From positions 10,690 through 74,689 of IMG/VR virus record IMGVR_UViG_3300030380_006721: a stretch of DNA of 64,000 nt. The stretch is one strand, 5' to 3'. A program made the translations under genes and the position numbers. Numbering within the stretch: position 1 is the first letter of the stretch; the number at the start of each line of letters is the position of its first letter. The DNA is from a virus. The notes under the pieces are model-generated. The model worked only from the letters and a program-made list of their open reading frames with translations. It was not told where the DNA came from and ran no database searches. Shown piece after piece: positions 28,974 to 37,540 of the stretch.

Positions 28974-29579
28974 ATGCCGGAGTTCTTTTATCCCGACATA
29001 CAGCTCCCGAAAATCAAAAATTTTCCGGAGCCTGTAATCGATTATCTGGCACCATTATCACCTAATTACCCGGTGGTCTTGGTGCCTTCTTATCGCCCTG
29101 GTAAAGCTGCAGCGGTCTTGCCGAAAGAGACTCCCAAAGGACCGGTCCCTGAACAACCACCCACAAAATCTGTTGCAGAAAAGATCGTCGAAGATGTCGT
29201 GGAGGCGGTGCAGCCTGCTCTTGACTCACACACTACTGCGATAACTACCCTTCGAACTGACCTCAATCAGTTTGTCATTGAGGTAGAGGAAAAGGAGCTA
29301 GAAGCGTCTGAGGTGGTCAATAGCGTTTCTCTACCTGGTGGGATTGAAGTGCCAATCCCGAAACCTGAAATTCTTGTGGCGGCTGGAACAACAGCGACGG
29401 TTTCTGTGGGAGCAACGCTCCTAGCGACTTCTGTATTCAAAAAATGTGTTTCAGCTTTTAAACCCGCTGTCAAACAAATTATTAATCGGGTGCAGAGGAA
29501 GCTTGGGAAGAAGCCGGTAAGTTGGAGTAGGCAGCGATTGGCACAACGTCGTCGCAAATCGCTGAATACGGTGAGTTAG
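28974..29579 (+). CDS. conserved cyanophage membrane protein
   Basis: P-rich N-terminus; IPKPEILVAAGTTATVSVGATL TM; basic tail. Confidence 0.65.
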   Translation: MPEFFYPDIQLPKIKNFPEPVIDYLAPLSPNYPVVLVPSYRPGKAAAVLPKETPKGPVPEQPPTKSVAEKIVEDVVEAVQPALDSHTTAITTLRTDLNQFVIEVEEKELEASEVVNSVSLPGGIEVPIPKPEILVAAGTTATVSVGATLLATSVFKKCVSAFKPAVKQIINRVQRKLGKKPVSWSRQRLAQRRRKSLNTVS

Positions 29580-29999
29580 GTCGTATCATGTACCCTGCTT
29601 CGTACATAGCAGTGCATTCTCTTATGCGAGTGAGCAAAATATCAACTCTTTTTTGTTGAATTTTTTTTCTACCAAGCTCTTTACAAATTTCTTGAACAGA
29701 TCCGTCTAACGGAAGAGCAAAACTGATTTGAGCGCCATAATTTTCACTTCTTGAGTACTCTGGGTGAAAGCCAGACCCAAGATAAAAAGGTGTAAACACC
29801 ACAGTGCCGCTATTGCAGTAGTGCCCACTTCCGAGTCCTTGTGTCGCGTAAGATCCTTGATTTATTTGTACCGCACTGTTTGTTACTGAGCCGGTTGAAG
29901 ATGATTGAGGATTTGCGATAACTGTAGTCCCGTCATTGCTCTGTGCATAGACAGGACTACAGCCTAAAAATATTACTGAGAGAAGACACTTAAGGACGT
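29482..29999 (-). CDS. conserved cyanophage exported / outer-membrane-type protein (no canonical start found)
   Basis: Signal-like KCLLSVIFLGCSPVYAQ, then ANPQSSSTGSVTNSAVQIN...YGAQISFALPLDG...C; start coordinate approximate. Confidence 0.6.
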
Positions 30000-30332
30000 A
30001 GTCGTAGATTCGGTTTCGATTGTCCGCTCTATGTCTTGAGTTTCGATAATCCCAGCTGCTCGAGTGACAACTTCCAGCTGCCAGTTTGTGGCCCCTGAGT
30101 TCATCGTGTAAGTCGTGCCCGTGGCCCCGATAGCTGCACTGGGCGTCACATTGTGACCCGTTATGCTGCTGTAAGCGCCTCCATACTTCTCGATTTCGAT
30201 CGTCTCGGTGATCGTTTGTTCGGTGGTTGTGGTGCTGTTCATCGAGCCCTGAGTGAAGCCAGGTGCGCTTTGTGCGAAAGCCCCCAAAGGACTGAAAAGG
30301 CTTAATAGAGTAAGCCATAAGAGTGTTTTCAC
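29973..30332 (-). CDS. conserved cyanophage exported protein
   Basis: Signal peptide, PGFTQGSMNSTTTT, ends SVFSQ. Confidence 0.7.
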   Translation of the reverse strand: MKTLLWLTLLSLFSPLGAFAQSAPGFTQGSMNSTTTTEQTITETIEIEKYGGAYSSITGHNVTPSAAIGATGTTYTMNSGATNWQLEVVTRAAGIIETQDIERTIETESTTTSLSVFSQ

Positions 30333-30580
30333 GGCTTAGTTTTGGGTGTAGTATTCTCTTCTATTTTAGGTTCTTTTTGTTTCTTAATAGTATCGGTAGC
30401 ACGACTCAAACCGTACCCAGCTAACGACCCAGAAAAAATCGAGGCGACGAAAGTTGGGTCCATTTTTTGAAAGTAACCCATATACGAAAGGGTTAGCAAT
30501 GCCGCACTCCAGCCCAGCACTGAAACTTTTACGATTTCAGTCAGCCACTCGTAAGTTTTTTTGTTTTCATCGTCCGTCAT
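30329..30580 (-). CDS. two-TM membrane protein
   Basis: WSAALLTLSY...DPTFVASIFSGSLAGYG. Confidence 0.7.
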   Translation of the reverse strand: MTDDENKKTYEWLTEIVKVSVLGWSAALLTLSYMGYFQKMDPTFVASIFSGSLAGYGLSRATDTIKKQKEPKIEENTTPKTKP

Positions 30581-30635
30581 GGCTGAGATTTTTACTCTCG
30601 TCTTATAAACTATAAGAGTTAACAGGGATTTGTAA

Positions 30636-30863
30636 GTGGCAGAAACTGCGAAGAAAAAACACCCTGAAAAATGGGCTAGAGCTAAAGCAAAAGCCCGAAA
30701 GAAAATGGGTGGTCACTCTGCACGTGCTATGCAGTTAGCTACAAAATACTACAAAGAAATGGGTGGAAAATATGAAGGTAAGAAATCTAGCAAAAACAAA
30801 TTATCCAAATGGTCTAAGGAAGACTGGCAAACTAGAGAAGAGTACGAGAAGAAGAAAAAGTGA
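30636..30863 (+). CDS. small basic protein
   Basis: HSARAMQLA...YKEMGGKY...LSKWSKEDW. Confidence 0.7.
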   Translation: MAETAKKKHPEKWARAKAKARKKMGGHSARAMQLATKYYKEMGGKYEGKKSSKNKLSKWSKEDWQTREEYEKKKK

Positions 30864-31030
30864 ATTTGCCGAAGCAGCGGCGAAAGCTTCTGAGAATCGC
30901 AAAAAAAGCTCAAGAATGTATCAGTCGCGAGCAGGCTCAGAAACTGCTGAAGAAAACACGTAAAATATTTAAAAAGCTCGATAATTATGAATCCAACCGA
31001 AGTAAAAAAAGAGAGCTTGACCAGCCGTAA
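30860..31030 (+). CDS. small basic protein (56 aa, below track cutoff)
   Basis: GTGA overlap start; KLLRIAKKAQECISREQAQKLLKK. Confidence 0.55.
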   Translation: MNLPKQRRKLLRIAKKAQECISREQAQKLLKKTRKIFKKLDNYESNRSKKRELDQP

Positions 31031-31583
31031 AGGAGGTTTACTGCTTGAAAAAAAGATAACGGAAGTCAACCGTAAGTGCCCTCTAGCCACCGTTGATATC
31101 AAAGAAAACATCAAAAATAGAGATTGGACCACAGAAAACTATGGATATGGTCCTTTGAATCCTGCTGTACCTGATCCTGGTTTTTGGGAGAAAAAAGCAG
31201 AGCTTTGGAATACAGATTTAGAAACAGTAAAGACAGCTAGGTGCGGTAATTGCGCTGCATTCGATCAATCTGATGTCATTTTGGATTGTATAGAAAAAGG
31301 TATCAACGAAACCAATGCAGCAGACCCACGAGAGGTGATGCAGTTGGCTGATTTAGGATATTGCCAGCTGTTCAAATTTAAATGTGCAGGTTCAAGAACC
31401 TGTGATGCGTGGCTTTTTGGAGGACCTATTCGGGATCAACAAAGACAGACCATGCCTGAGACTGAGGTAGAAAATGAGCTTGTCGAAATTGTTGGACAGT
31501 TGGACAAAGCTTCGCAGACACATAGAAACCAAGCTAATAGACTAGAAATGCTTAAAAACTCTCTTGGAGGTTATGGCCGATAA
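30987..31583 (+). CDS. Cys-rich conserved phage protein
   Basis: CPLATVD...YGPLNP...RCGNCAAF...LGYC...FKCAGSRTCDAW. Confidence 0.7.
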   Translation: MNPTEVKKESLTSRKGGLLLEKKITEVNRKCPLATVDIKENIKNRDWTTENYGYGPLNPAVPDPGFWEKKAELWNTDLETVKTARCGNCAAFDQSDVILDCIEKGINETNAADPREVMQLADLGYCQLFKFKCAGSRTCDAWLFGGPIRDQQRQTMPETEVENELVEIVGQLDKASQTHRNQANRLEMLKNSLGGYGR

Positions 31584-31788
31584 AGCAAGAGAAAAAGGAC
31601 GCACAGAGCGATACCTGCCTAAAGCAGCGTGGGCCTCAATGTCGAAAGAAGAACGTAAAGCTACGGATGAAAAGAAGAAGAGAGCTACACGAGGTAAACC
31701 TGTAAACACTCACGTATCCAACACTGAAAAAGCCAAACGGGCTGGCAAAAAAGCTCGGTCGTACAAAGCATCTAAAAACAATGGCTAA
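31573..31788 (+). CDS. small basic protein
   Basis: TERYLPKAAWASMS...ATDEKKKR; GGAGG RBS. Confidence 0.7.
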   Translation: MADKAREKGRTERYLPKAAWASMSKEERKATDEKKKRATRGKPVNTHVSNTEKAKRAGKKARSYKASKNNG

Positions 31789-31915
31789 ACAAGGACCATG
31801 CTGGGATGGTTATGTCCAGGAGGGCATGAAAAAAAGCAAAAAATCGGGGAAAATGGTGCCAAACTGTGTGAGAGCTAAGAAAAAAGCTCGGTCCTACAAG
31901 AAGTCAAAAAAATGA
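31781..31915 (+). CDS. small basic peptide with CWxGY...VPNCV motif (44 aa, below track cutoff)
   Basis: MAKQGPCWDGYVQEGMKKSKKSGKMVPNCVRAKKKARSYKKSKK. Confidence 0.7.
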   Translation: MAKQGPCWDGYVQEGMKKSKKSGKMVPNCVRAKKKARSYKKSKK

Positions 31916-32073
31916 CTGATCAATCTTGTCCGATGCCCTCTTCTGAAAAGAAAGAAGAGCCCAAAAAATTACATTTCAAAAGACCTCTGACCATAGAGGA
32001 AGCTTTCTGGGAAGATCGTTGCGGTGATAATGGAGATCCGTCAGCTCCAGAGTGTTTGATCTACTGCGACTGA
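31912..32073 (+). CDS. CP12-like peptide (53 aa, below track cutoff)
   Basis: ATGA coupling; ends FWEDRCGDNGDPSAPECLIYCD, resembling the CP12 C-terminus CxxNPxAPECxxYDD. Confidence 0.6.
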   Translation: MTDQSCPMPSSEKKEEPKKLHFKRPLTIEEAFWEDRCGDNGDPSAPECLIYCD

Positions 32074-32402
32074 TCAGTAGCTTTTTCATTTTTATCCTCA
32101 TATAGCTCATAGGAGTAGCCCATCACTCCTCCTAGGGGTTCGTTGTGATTATCCTCGAAAAAATAAATTCCTTGAATTTTGGGTCGAAAAGTTTTAGCTT
32201 CCTCAGTATCCCAGTGCTCATGTAAATTTTCTACGTCTTCGTCTATCTCTTTTAGAACCAGTTGAGTTCTGAATTCACACCAATCATCACGACAGTACAT
32301 TCGTGTCCGAGAAATCCAAACGTTTTTTCTCAAATCAGGCCGTAAGCGGATTAAAAACTCAGTGAACTCATAAACCGCAGCGTTGAATTTGTTGTACCGC
32401 AT
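32061..32402 (-). CDS. hypothetical protein
   Basis: 113 aa ORF. Confidence 0.55.
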   Translation of the reverse strand: MRYNKFNAAVYEFTEFLIRLRPDLRKNVWISRTRMYCRDDWCEFRTQLVLKEIDEDVENLHEHWDTEEAKTFRPKIQGIYFFEDNHNEPLGGVMGYSYELYEDKNEKATDQSQ

Positions 32403-32480
32403 TATGTTATTGGAAATAAATCAAATCTAACCCATAGCCTTAGATACTAAAATAAAGGTAATCAATGATGTTTTGCTCAA

Positions 32481-32882
32481 ATGGCTCAGGTCACTTTCAA
32501 TCGTGAGCTGGGAGCTAATCCAGCCGGTATCACTCGTTTTGCTCAATACCGCACCGAGGATGGTGGTAACGTCGTAGTCAACTCGACAATTGAAGACACC
32601 TCTGAGGGATCTGAGAAAAGAGCTGACAAGCACGGCGTCACTTCCAGTGCTACCGGAACAGGCACTGTCACTCTTCAGGCCGGTTCTCAAAATGTAGGTC
32701 GTGTTTATATCCGAAGCGGTATCAATGGAGAGGTTTTAGGAGAAGTCCATTCTCCCAAAATTTCTAACCGTACGGATGTCTCCTTCACATTCAGCGTGGG
32801 AGCGTCAATCGAAAACTTTCTGTACGTAGAGAAAACCGATCGCTCTCCCTGCGTTTATCGAGTGACATATACCGCTGCTTGA
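32481..32882 (+). CDS. probable virion protein
   Basis: Beta-rich, T/S/G-rich 133 aa. Confidence 0.5.
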   Translation: MAQVTFNRELGANPAGITRFAQYRTEDGGNVVVNSTIEDTSEGSEKRADKHGVTSSATGTGTVTLQAGSQNVGRVYIRSGINGEVLGEVHSPKISNRTDVSFTFSVGASIENFLYVEKTDRSPCVYRVTYTAA

Positions 32883-32913
32883 TTCTAAGATTCAAGCACA
32901 CGAGGTTTTCTTA

Positions 32914-33069
32914 GTGACCAACCCAAACGCATGGGAATGTGTCTTAGCTAGGAAAATTTTAGAAGCATTGGAGGAGGGAGGTAAAACTTCCTCCTCTTAT
33001 TATGTTTCTACGGAAGAGACGGTCAAGGCTTGTGAAAAACAAGAAACTGACTTTAGTGACACTGAGTGA
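32914..33069 (+). CDS. small hypothetical protein (51 aa)
   Basis: GTG start; KILEALEEGGKTSSSYY motif. Confidence 0.4.
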   Translation: MTNPNAWECVLARKILEALEEGGKTSSSYYVSTEETVKACEKQETDFSDTE

Positions 33070-33179
33070 TTTATTTTTGTATCTTGTTTACGCAGTTGAT
33101 TTAAGCTCTCGTAGTTTCACTTATTTGTTTAATTCTTTACTAAAAAGTGCCTTGTTGATGTTGTTAATAACGTTCACGT

Positions 33180-34019
33180 TTGCCAAAATTAATCGGAAGC
33201 GGAGCGACCATGAATCGCCGGGAAGCGGATAAGCATCCCTTGTTGGGCCAGTCTCTGCTGGCGAAACACGATACTTGGTTGACCAAGGTGCCTCTTGAGC
33301 ACTCAGAACTTCTTCCTGAGGAAAAACTTTTTGTCTCTCGAGGGTCAGCCTGGGAGTGGTCTCAAATTATTGTGACCGCAGGTGAGCACCTCAGAGAAGT
33401 CCGTCTAGTCGCAAACCCAAATACTGCGTGGTATTTCTATGCTCCCCATTGGAAAGTAATCAATGACGAAGAGCAAAAAACTTCTTATAATCCAAATCAC
33501 CACATACAACTAAACGCACCGTATATAAAGAACTTATCCGACGAAGACAAAACTTACTTTTCAAGTGCTTGCTTTACCCTTGTAGACACTCTGGAATGCA
33601 GTGATGTATCCGGCGAAGAATACATCGATTTAGTTCTTGAGAACGGGGAGCCCACAGAAGCATGGGTTCAGCTCAAAACTCTGGATCAATGTGGACTACA
33701 TGCAGAGTTTCGTCAAGATGGTGATTGGGGAGATATCGAAGAGCTTCTATTTTCAGGAGTCCCTGTGCCAATGGGGATTTTGCACCACGGTCCTTTTGAA
33801 AATCCCACAGGGACGGGTCATTGGATAGTTGCTGTGGGAGTGACAAAGGATCGAGAATGTTTGATCGTTCACGATCCACTAGGTGATCTTGACCTTGTAG
33901 AGGGAGTATATGCTTCAGAGCACGGTGCATTTCAAAAGTATTCAAAACACTACCTTGCATCTCGTTGGATGGTTGAGAAAGGGTATAGTTCAGGTTGGTA
34001 TATCAAAGTAAAACCGTGA
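33180..34019 (+). CDS. C39-like cysteine peptidase fold with catalytic Cys replaced by Tyr
   Basis: LNAPYIKN...KTYFSSAC (expected PYxxQ...RxCFSSSC); GTGHWIVAVG and VHDP retained. Confidence 0.7.
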   Translation: MPKLIGSGATMNRREADKHPLLGQSLLAKHDTWLTKVPLEHSELLPEEKLFVSRGSAWEWSQIIVTAGEHLREVRLVANPNTAWYFYAPHWKVINDEEQKTSYNPNHHIQLNAPYIKNLSDEDKTYFSSACFTLVDTLECSDVSGEEYIDLVLENGEPTEAWVQLKTLDQCGLHAEFRQDGDWGDIEELLFSGVPVPMGILHHGPFENPTGTGHWIVAVGVTKDRECLIVHDPLGDLDLVEGVYASEHGAFQKYSKHYLASRWMVEKGYSSGWYIKVKP

Positions 34020-34201
34020 CCCCTTCTGATATTTTCGAAACTTGGGACATCGAACAAGAGAATCGCAAAGCCTTGTTTATAAATTTTTTGTATCAAAAAT
34101 CAGGTCGCACGAACGGCCTTTACACAGGTTTGTGGGAGGAGTGGTGTAAAGAAGCAGGTCAGAAGCTTCGTGACGCGCACTTCAACGACGAGAAAAACTG
34201 A
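34016..34201 (+). CDS. conserved cyanophage hypothetical protein
   Basis: LYQKSGRTNGLYTGLW; GTGA overlap start. Confidence 0.65.
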   Translation: MTPSDIFETWDIEQENRKALFINFLYQKSGRTNGLYTGLWEEWCKEAGQKLRDAHFNDEKN

Positions 34202-34593
34202 TGGCTACACAACATACAGATCAATCCATCAGAAATGCTCAACGCAGGTTCGCTCCTGTGTTCAAAGCTTTCTTACAGCAATGGCCCACGCAACACGAAA
34301 GGGTCAAGTTTGCAGAGGAGGCTTGCGGAACCGACTGGATCGGTTCACATTCTTGTGGCTTTGATAGTGAGTCCAGTTGCGTTGTAAATTGGGCCTCTGA
34401 TAAAACCAAAATTTCTTTGATGGGTCCTCGCTTTTACGTCGCCGTCGAGGAGATGAACAAAGCTGCCTTTGAGCAAGGTTTTACTCCAATCACATTCAGA
34501 GACTATGGAGACGATGTTTTACCTACTGCCTCTGATTTTTGGGCTGCGTTTCACGGACTAGGCGCACCAATTTGTTTTGTAATCGCACAATGA
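34201..34593 (+). CDS. hypothetical protein
   Basis: TGATG coupling. Confidence 0.55.
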   Translation: MATQHTDQSIRNAQRRFAPVFKAFLQQWPTQHERVKFAEEACGTDWIGSHSCGFDSESSCVVNWASDKTKISLMGPRFYVAVEEMNKAAFEQGFTPITFRDYGDDVLPTASDFWAAFHGLGAPICFVIAQ

Positions 34594-34599
34594 ATTTTA

Positions 34600-35262
34600 C
34601 TAAGGACCTACACCTGTTCCATACCCCTTAGGCACAGAAAATTCTACGTCGAAAGGAGCGGGTTCAGTCAAACGCATATTTATATAAGCTCTCAAAAATG
34701 AAGAGGGGTCTCCCAACATACCAGCCAAACCTCTGACCATTGCTTCAGGGACTTCTCTTGATTCTTTATATTCAAACTCTTCTGTCTCTGGGTTATATTT
34801 TTTCTTCTGCATAGACGGACTTTCAAACTCATTCCTAAGGTCATAAGTGTCTCTTACGGTATAGCGGTCACCTTCGTCAAATACGTTGTATCGACCTAAA
34901 GAATATCTGTAGGGAGCACCTTCAGGATTTTTATCGAAGGGTGTTGGTTTACCAAAAGCTGGTGGTAATGTGTCTACTCCCGGCACTAAGTACTGTTGTT
35001 GATAAGGAGTAACAGAAATTACGTCACCTTCTTGCGTGGGTCTATCAGTCCCTCTGCTTCTCAAAGCATTCATCACTGCTTGACGTTTAAATTCGTCAGT
35101 GAACTCTAAATTCTTATTACCGGTGCCTGTCACATATCGATAACCTAAGTTGATAGCTGGAGGCAGTTGGTTGAGTATTTCTGGCTGAACAGGTGTGCCT
35201 CCAAAAGGTAAAACACCTTTGAGAGCTTTATCTACACGCCTGTAATATTCTGGAAAACCCAT
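34600..35262 (-). CDS. hypothetical protein
   Basis: 220 aa; SLGRYNV...YTVRDTYD. Confidence 0.6.
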   Translation of the reverse strand: MGFPEYYRRVDKALKGVLPFGGTPVQPEILNQLPPAINLGYRYVTGTGNKNLEFTDEFKRQAVMNALRSRGTDRPTQEGDVISVTPYQQQYLVPGVDTLPPAFGKPTPFDKNPEGAPYRYSLGRYNVFDEGDRYTVRDTYDLRNEFESPSMQKKKYNPETEEFEYKESREVPEAMVRGLAGMLGDPSSFLRAYINMRLTEPAPFDVEFSVPKGYGTGVGP

Positions 35263-35309
35263 AAGTTTAGTAAGCCTTTCTTCATTGTACTTGTCTGTAG
35301 ACTTAATCT

Positions 35310-35546
35310 ATGGCTGATCGCGATTACAAAAAAGAATACAATGACTACCACGCTAAAGAGGGTCAAAAGAAACGTCGTGCTGCGCGTAACAAGGCTCGTC
35401 GACATATGGAACGGGCTGGCAGAGTATCTCGGGGAGACAGAAAAGAAGTCGACCACAAGGACTACAATCCGGAGAACAACAACGCTTCGAATCTTCGGAT
35501 AGTGGATAAAACCACCAACCGCAGGAGACAGCCCAAACGACAATGA
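35310..35546 (+). CDS. small basic HNH-motif protein
   Basis: RDYKKEY...RAARNKARR...KEVDHKD...NLRIV...NR. Confidence 0.75.
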   Translation: MADRDYKKEYNDYHAKEGQKKRRAARNKARRHMERAGRVSRGDRKEVDHKDYNPENNNASNLRIVDKTTNRRRQPKRQ

Positions 35547-36139
35547 ATCAAGAACACCACTTGGAGCTTTGCGTAACTCCTTTGTGGCCTGCAGTCCTCT
35601 TAGATTTTTTTGCTTCAGCTGATCCTGAAGCCGTCGCAAACGAGGTTTACAATCTTCGAGCAGCAGACCCAAAAGGAAGGCTGAAAAGCAACTTCGGAGG
35701 GTGGCAAAGCAAAATTATTCACGCTCCAAAGTTTGAAGATGTGTTACCTGCTGTAAGCAGCGTTCGCCAGGTGTGTTCACAAGCAGTTAGTGAAGCTTGT
35801 TTGCATCAATGGCCTCATGAACCTAGAGAAGTAACGATGTGCCAGTGGTGGGCAAACATAAATAAACCTGGTGAAGATTTTAATGTCAACCATCACCACG
35901 GCGACGCTTACGTTTCCGCTGTTTATTATGCACAAGTGCCTGAAGATCCAGGCAAACTACTTCTTGAGAGCCCGATAATTCACGGCAACTCTGCTTGGCA
36001 TGGTATTAAACATTTCACCCCGAAAGCAGGGCAAGTTTTGATGTTTCCAGGTAGCTACCGTCATATGGTTTTACCAACAGTTTCGACAGAGGGTAAGGAT
36101 AGAATTTCTATAGCTTTTAACTTCGATATTGACGACTAA
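35543..36139 (+). CDS. 2OG-Fe(II) oxygenase, TIGR02466-like
   Basis: SNFGGWQS...WANIN...NHHH...SAVYY...FPGSYRHMV...RISIAFN. Confidence 0.85.
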   Translation: MNQEHHLELCVTPLWPAVLLDFFASADPEAVANEVYNLRAADPKGRLKSNFGGWQSKIIHAPKFEDVLPAVSSVRQVCSQAVSEACLHQWPHEPREVTMCQWWANINKPGEDFNVNHHHGDAYVSAVYYAQVPEDPGKLLLESPIIHGNSAWHGIKHFTPKAGQVLMFPGSYRHMVLPTVSTEGKDRISIAFNFDIDD

Positions 36140-36154
36140 CCCTATAATTAACAT

Positions 36155-36676
36155 ATGGAAAACCAGAATTTTTTACAGCGCCCTGGTGGCTTAGGTCCCA
36201 TGCCACCCCTGAAGCCTTTAGGTATGGCAATGGCAAGCCCTACCTCGTATATGAACGACGAAATAAGTATTTCCACTCGCAGGGCACAGCACACTGATGA
36301 TGTAAATCGCATTTTTGCCCAGTACAACATTGACATGGGCACATACACTCGTGCTCCCGTAAATCCGCTGCCTTATGGTGACGGTAATATGCCTAAATCT
36401 CAAGAGACTACAGGCTTAGTCGGCTACAACCATCAAGAGACTCCACTTCCTGAGAGACCGATGGACATGAGCCCGGCTAAATATTTAGCGGACACCGTGA
36501 ACTCCGTGGATCCGGTCATGAGAGCAAACGTGCAAGCTCTGACTTTGATGCCTAAACAAAATTTCTTGAATACTCAAGAAGTAGGACCCATGAATCTGGC
36601 GAACGACTATCGCAGACGTGATGATCTCTCGCTACAAGAACAAGTCTTCGGAGGACAGCCCAATGCAAAGAAGTAA
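36155..36676 (+). CDS. hypothetical protein
   Basis: M/P-rich 173 aa after a TATAAT hexamer. Confidence 0.55.
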   Translation: MENQNFLQRPGGLGPMPPLKPLGMAMASPTSYMNDEISISTRRAQHTDDVNRIFAQYNIDMGTYTRAPVNPLPYGDGNMPKSQETTGLVGYNHQETPLPERPMDMSPAKYLADTVNSVDPVMRANVQALTLMPKQNFLNTQEVGPMNLANDYRRRDDLSLQEQVFGGQPNAKK

Positions 36677-36806
36677 TTCCATGATGCCAATGCGTATGGC
36701 AGGCATGGCTTTAGGTATGGGGCCTGCAGATATGGTCAAGGCGGTAAGTAATCCGTCTCAAATTACAGCGCGTCTCCGTTATCAAGAGACTTTTCCCAAA
36801 AGCTGA
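36663..36806 (+). CDS. small hypothetical protein
   Basis: MQRSNSMMPMRMAG...; the RMAG motif also occurs in the 4204 and 5844 proteins. Confidence 0.4.
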   Translation: MQRSNSMMPMRMAGMALGMGPADMVKAVSNPSQITARLRYQETFPKS

Positions 36807-36835
36807 AGTATTCTGACCCGAGCTAAGCATTACTA

Positions 36836-37540
36836 ATGCACTCGGTCAAGCTCGACTGGATTACACCCAAAGCCGAGCAGGTCATAGCTAAACACGCACG
36901 GGTTTCTACCTCTGATCCTGACAGAGAAGAGTACGCTCGTTTGATTACTTACTGCATCAAACACGGTCACTGGTCCATTCTGGAGCAGGCTAACGCTAGT
37001 TTTGAAATAATTACTTCTAGGGCAATCTCAGCTCAGCTGATTCGTCATAAAACTCTGTGCTTTCAAGAACTTTCTCAGCGTTATACAAATCCTTTTACAA
37101 CGATGCCTGATGGTATCCATGACAGGCCGCATGAATTTTTGCTGAGAAAACAAGCAGAAAAGAATCGCCAGTCGAGCACCGAGCCGATTGATCAATCAGA
37201 TTTAGCTCGTTTTAGAGATCGAATTTATAAATTCGATGCTGAGGCTCATTCTCTGTATAACGACATGCTCGAGGCAGGTGTGGCACGGGAGTGCGCTAGA
37301 AATGTTTTGCCTTTATATACACCGACAAGAATTCACGCAAACGCAACTGTGCGCTCATGGGTGCATTACGTCGGCTTGAGAGCGAGACCTGAGACACAGC
37401 TTGAGCATCAACTGATCGCTCGACAGATTGCAATGCTTTTGGATTTAGAAATACCTACCATTGTCAAAGCTGTAGTAGATCACAAAGACGACGCTTCACT
37501 CGATGGTTGGCGTTGGCTTGGCTGCTTGGAGGAAAACTAA
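36836..37540 (+). CDS. thyX: FAD-dependent thymidylate synthase
   Basis: HGHWSILE, QLIRHKTLCFQELSQRY, GVARECARNVLP, TQLEH. Confidence 0.92.
   Translation: MHSVKLDWITPKAEQVIAKHARVSTSDPDREEYARLITYCIKHGHWSILEQANASFEIITSRAISAQLIRHKTLCFQELSQRYTNPFTTMPDGIHDRPHEFLLRKQAEKNRQSSTEPIDQSDLARFRDRIYKFDAEAHSLYNDMLEAGVARECARNVLPLYTPTRIHANATVRSWVHYVGLRARPETQLEHQLIARQIAMLLDLEIPTIVKAVVDHKDDASLDGWRWLGCLEEN

Noticed and set aside
36836-37540. ThyX as another dead enzyme (RHKTLC instead of RHRxxS)
   Set aside because: The catalytic SxRY and other core motifs are intact; the changes are conservative
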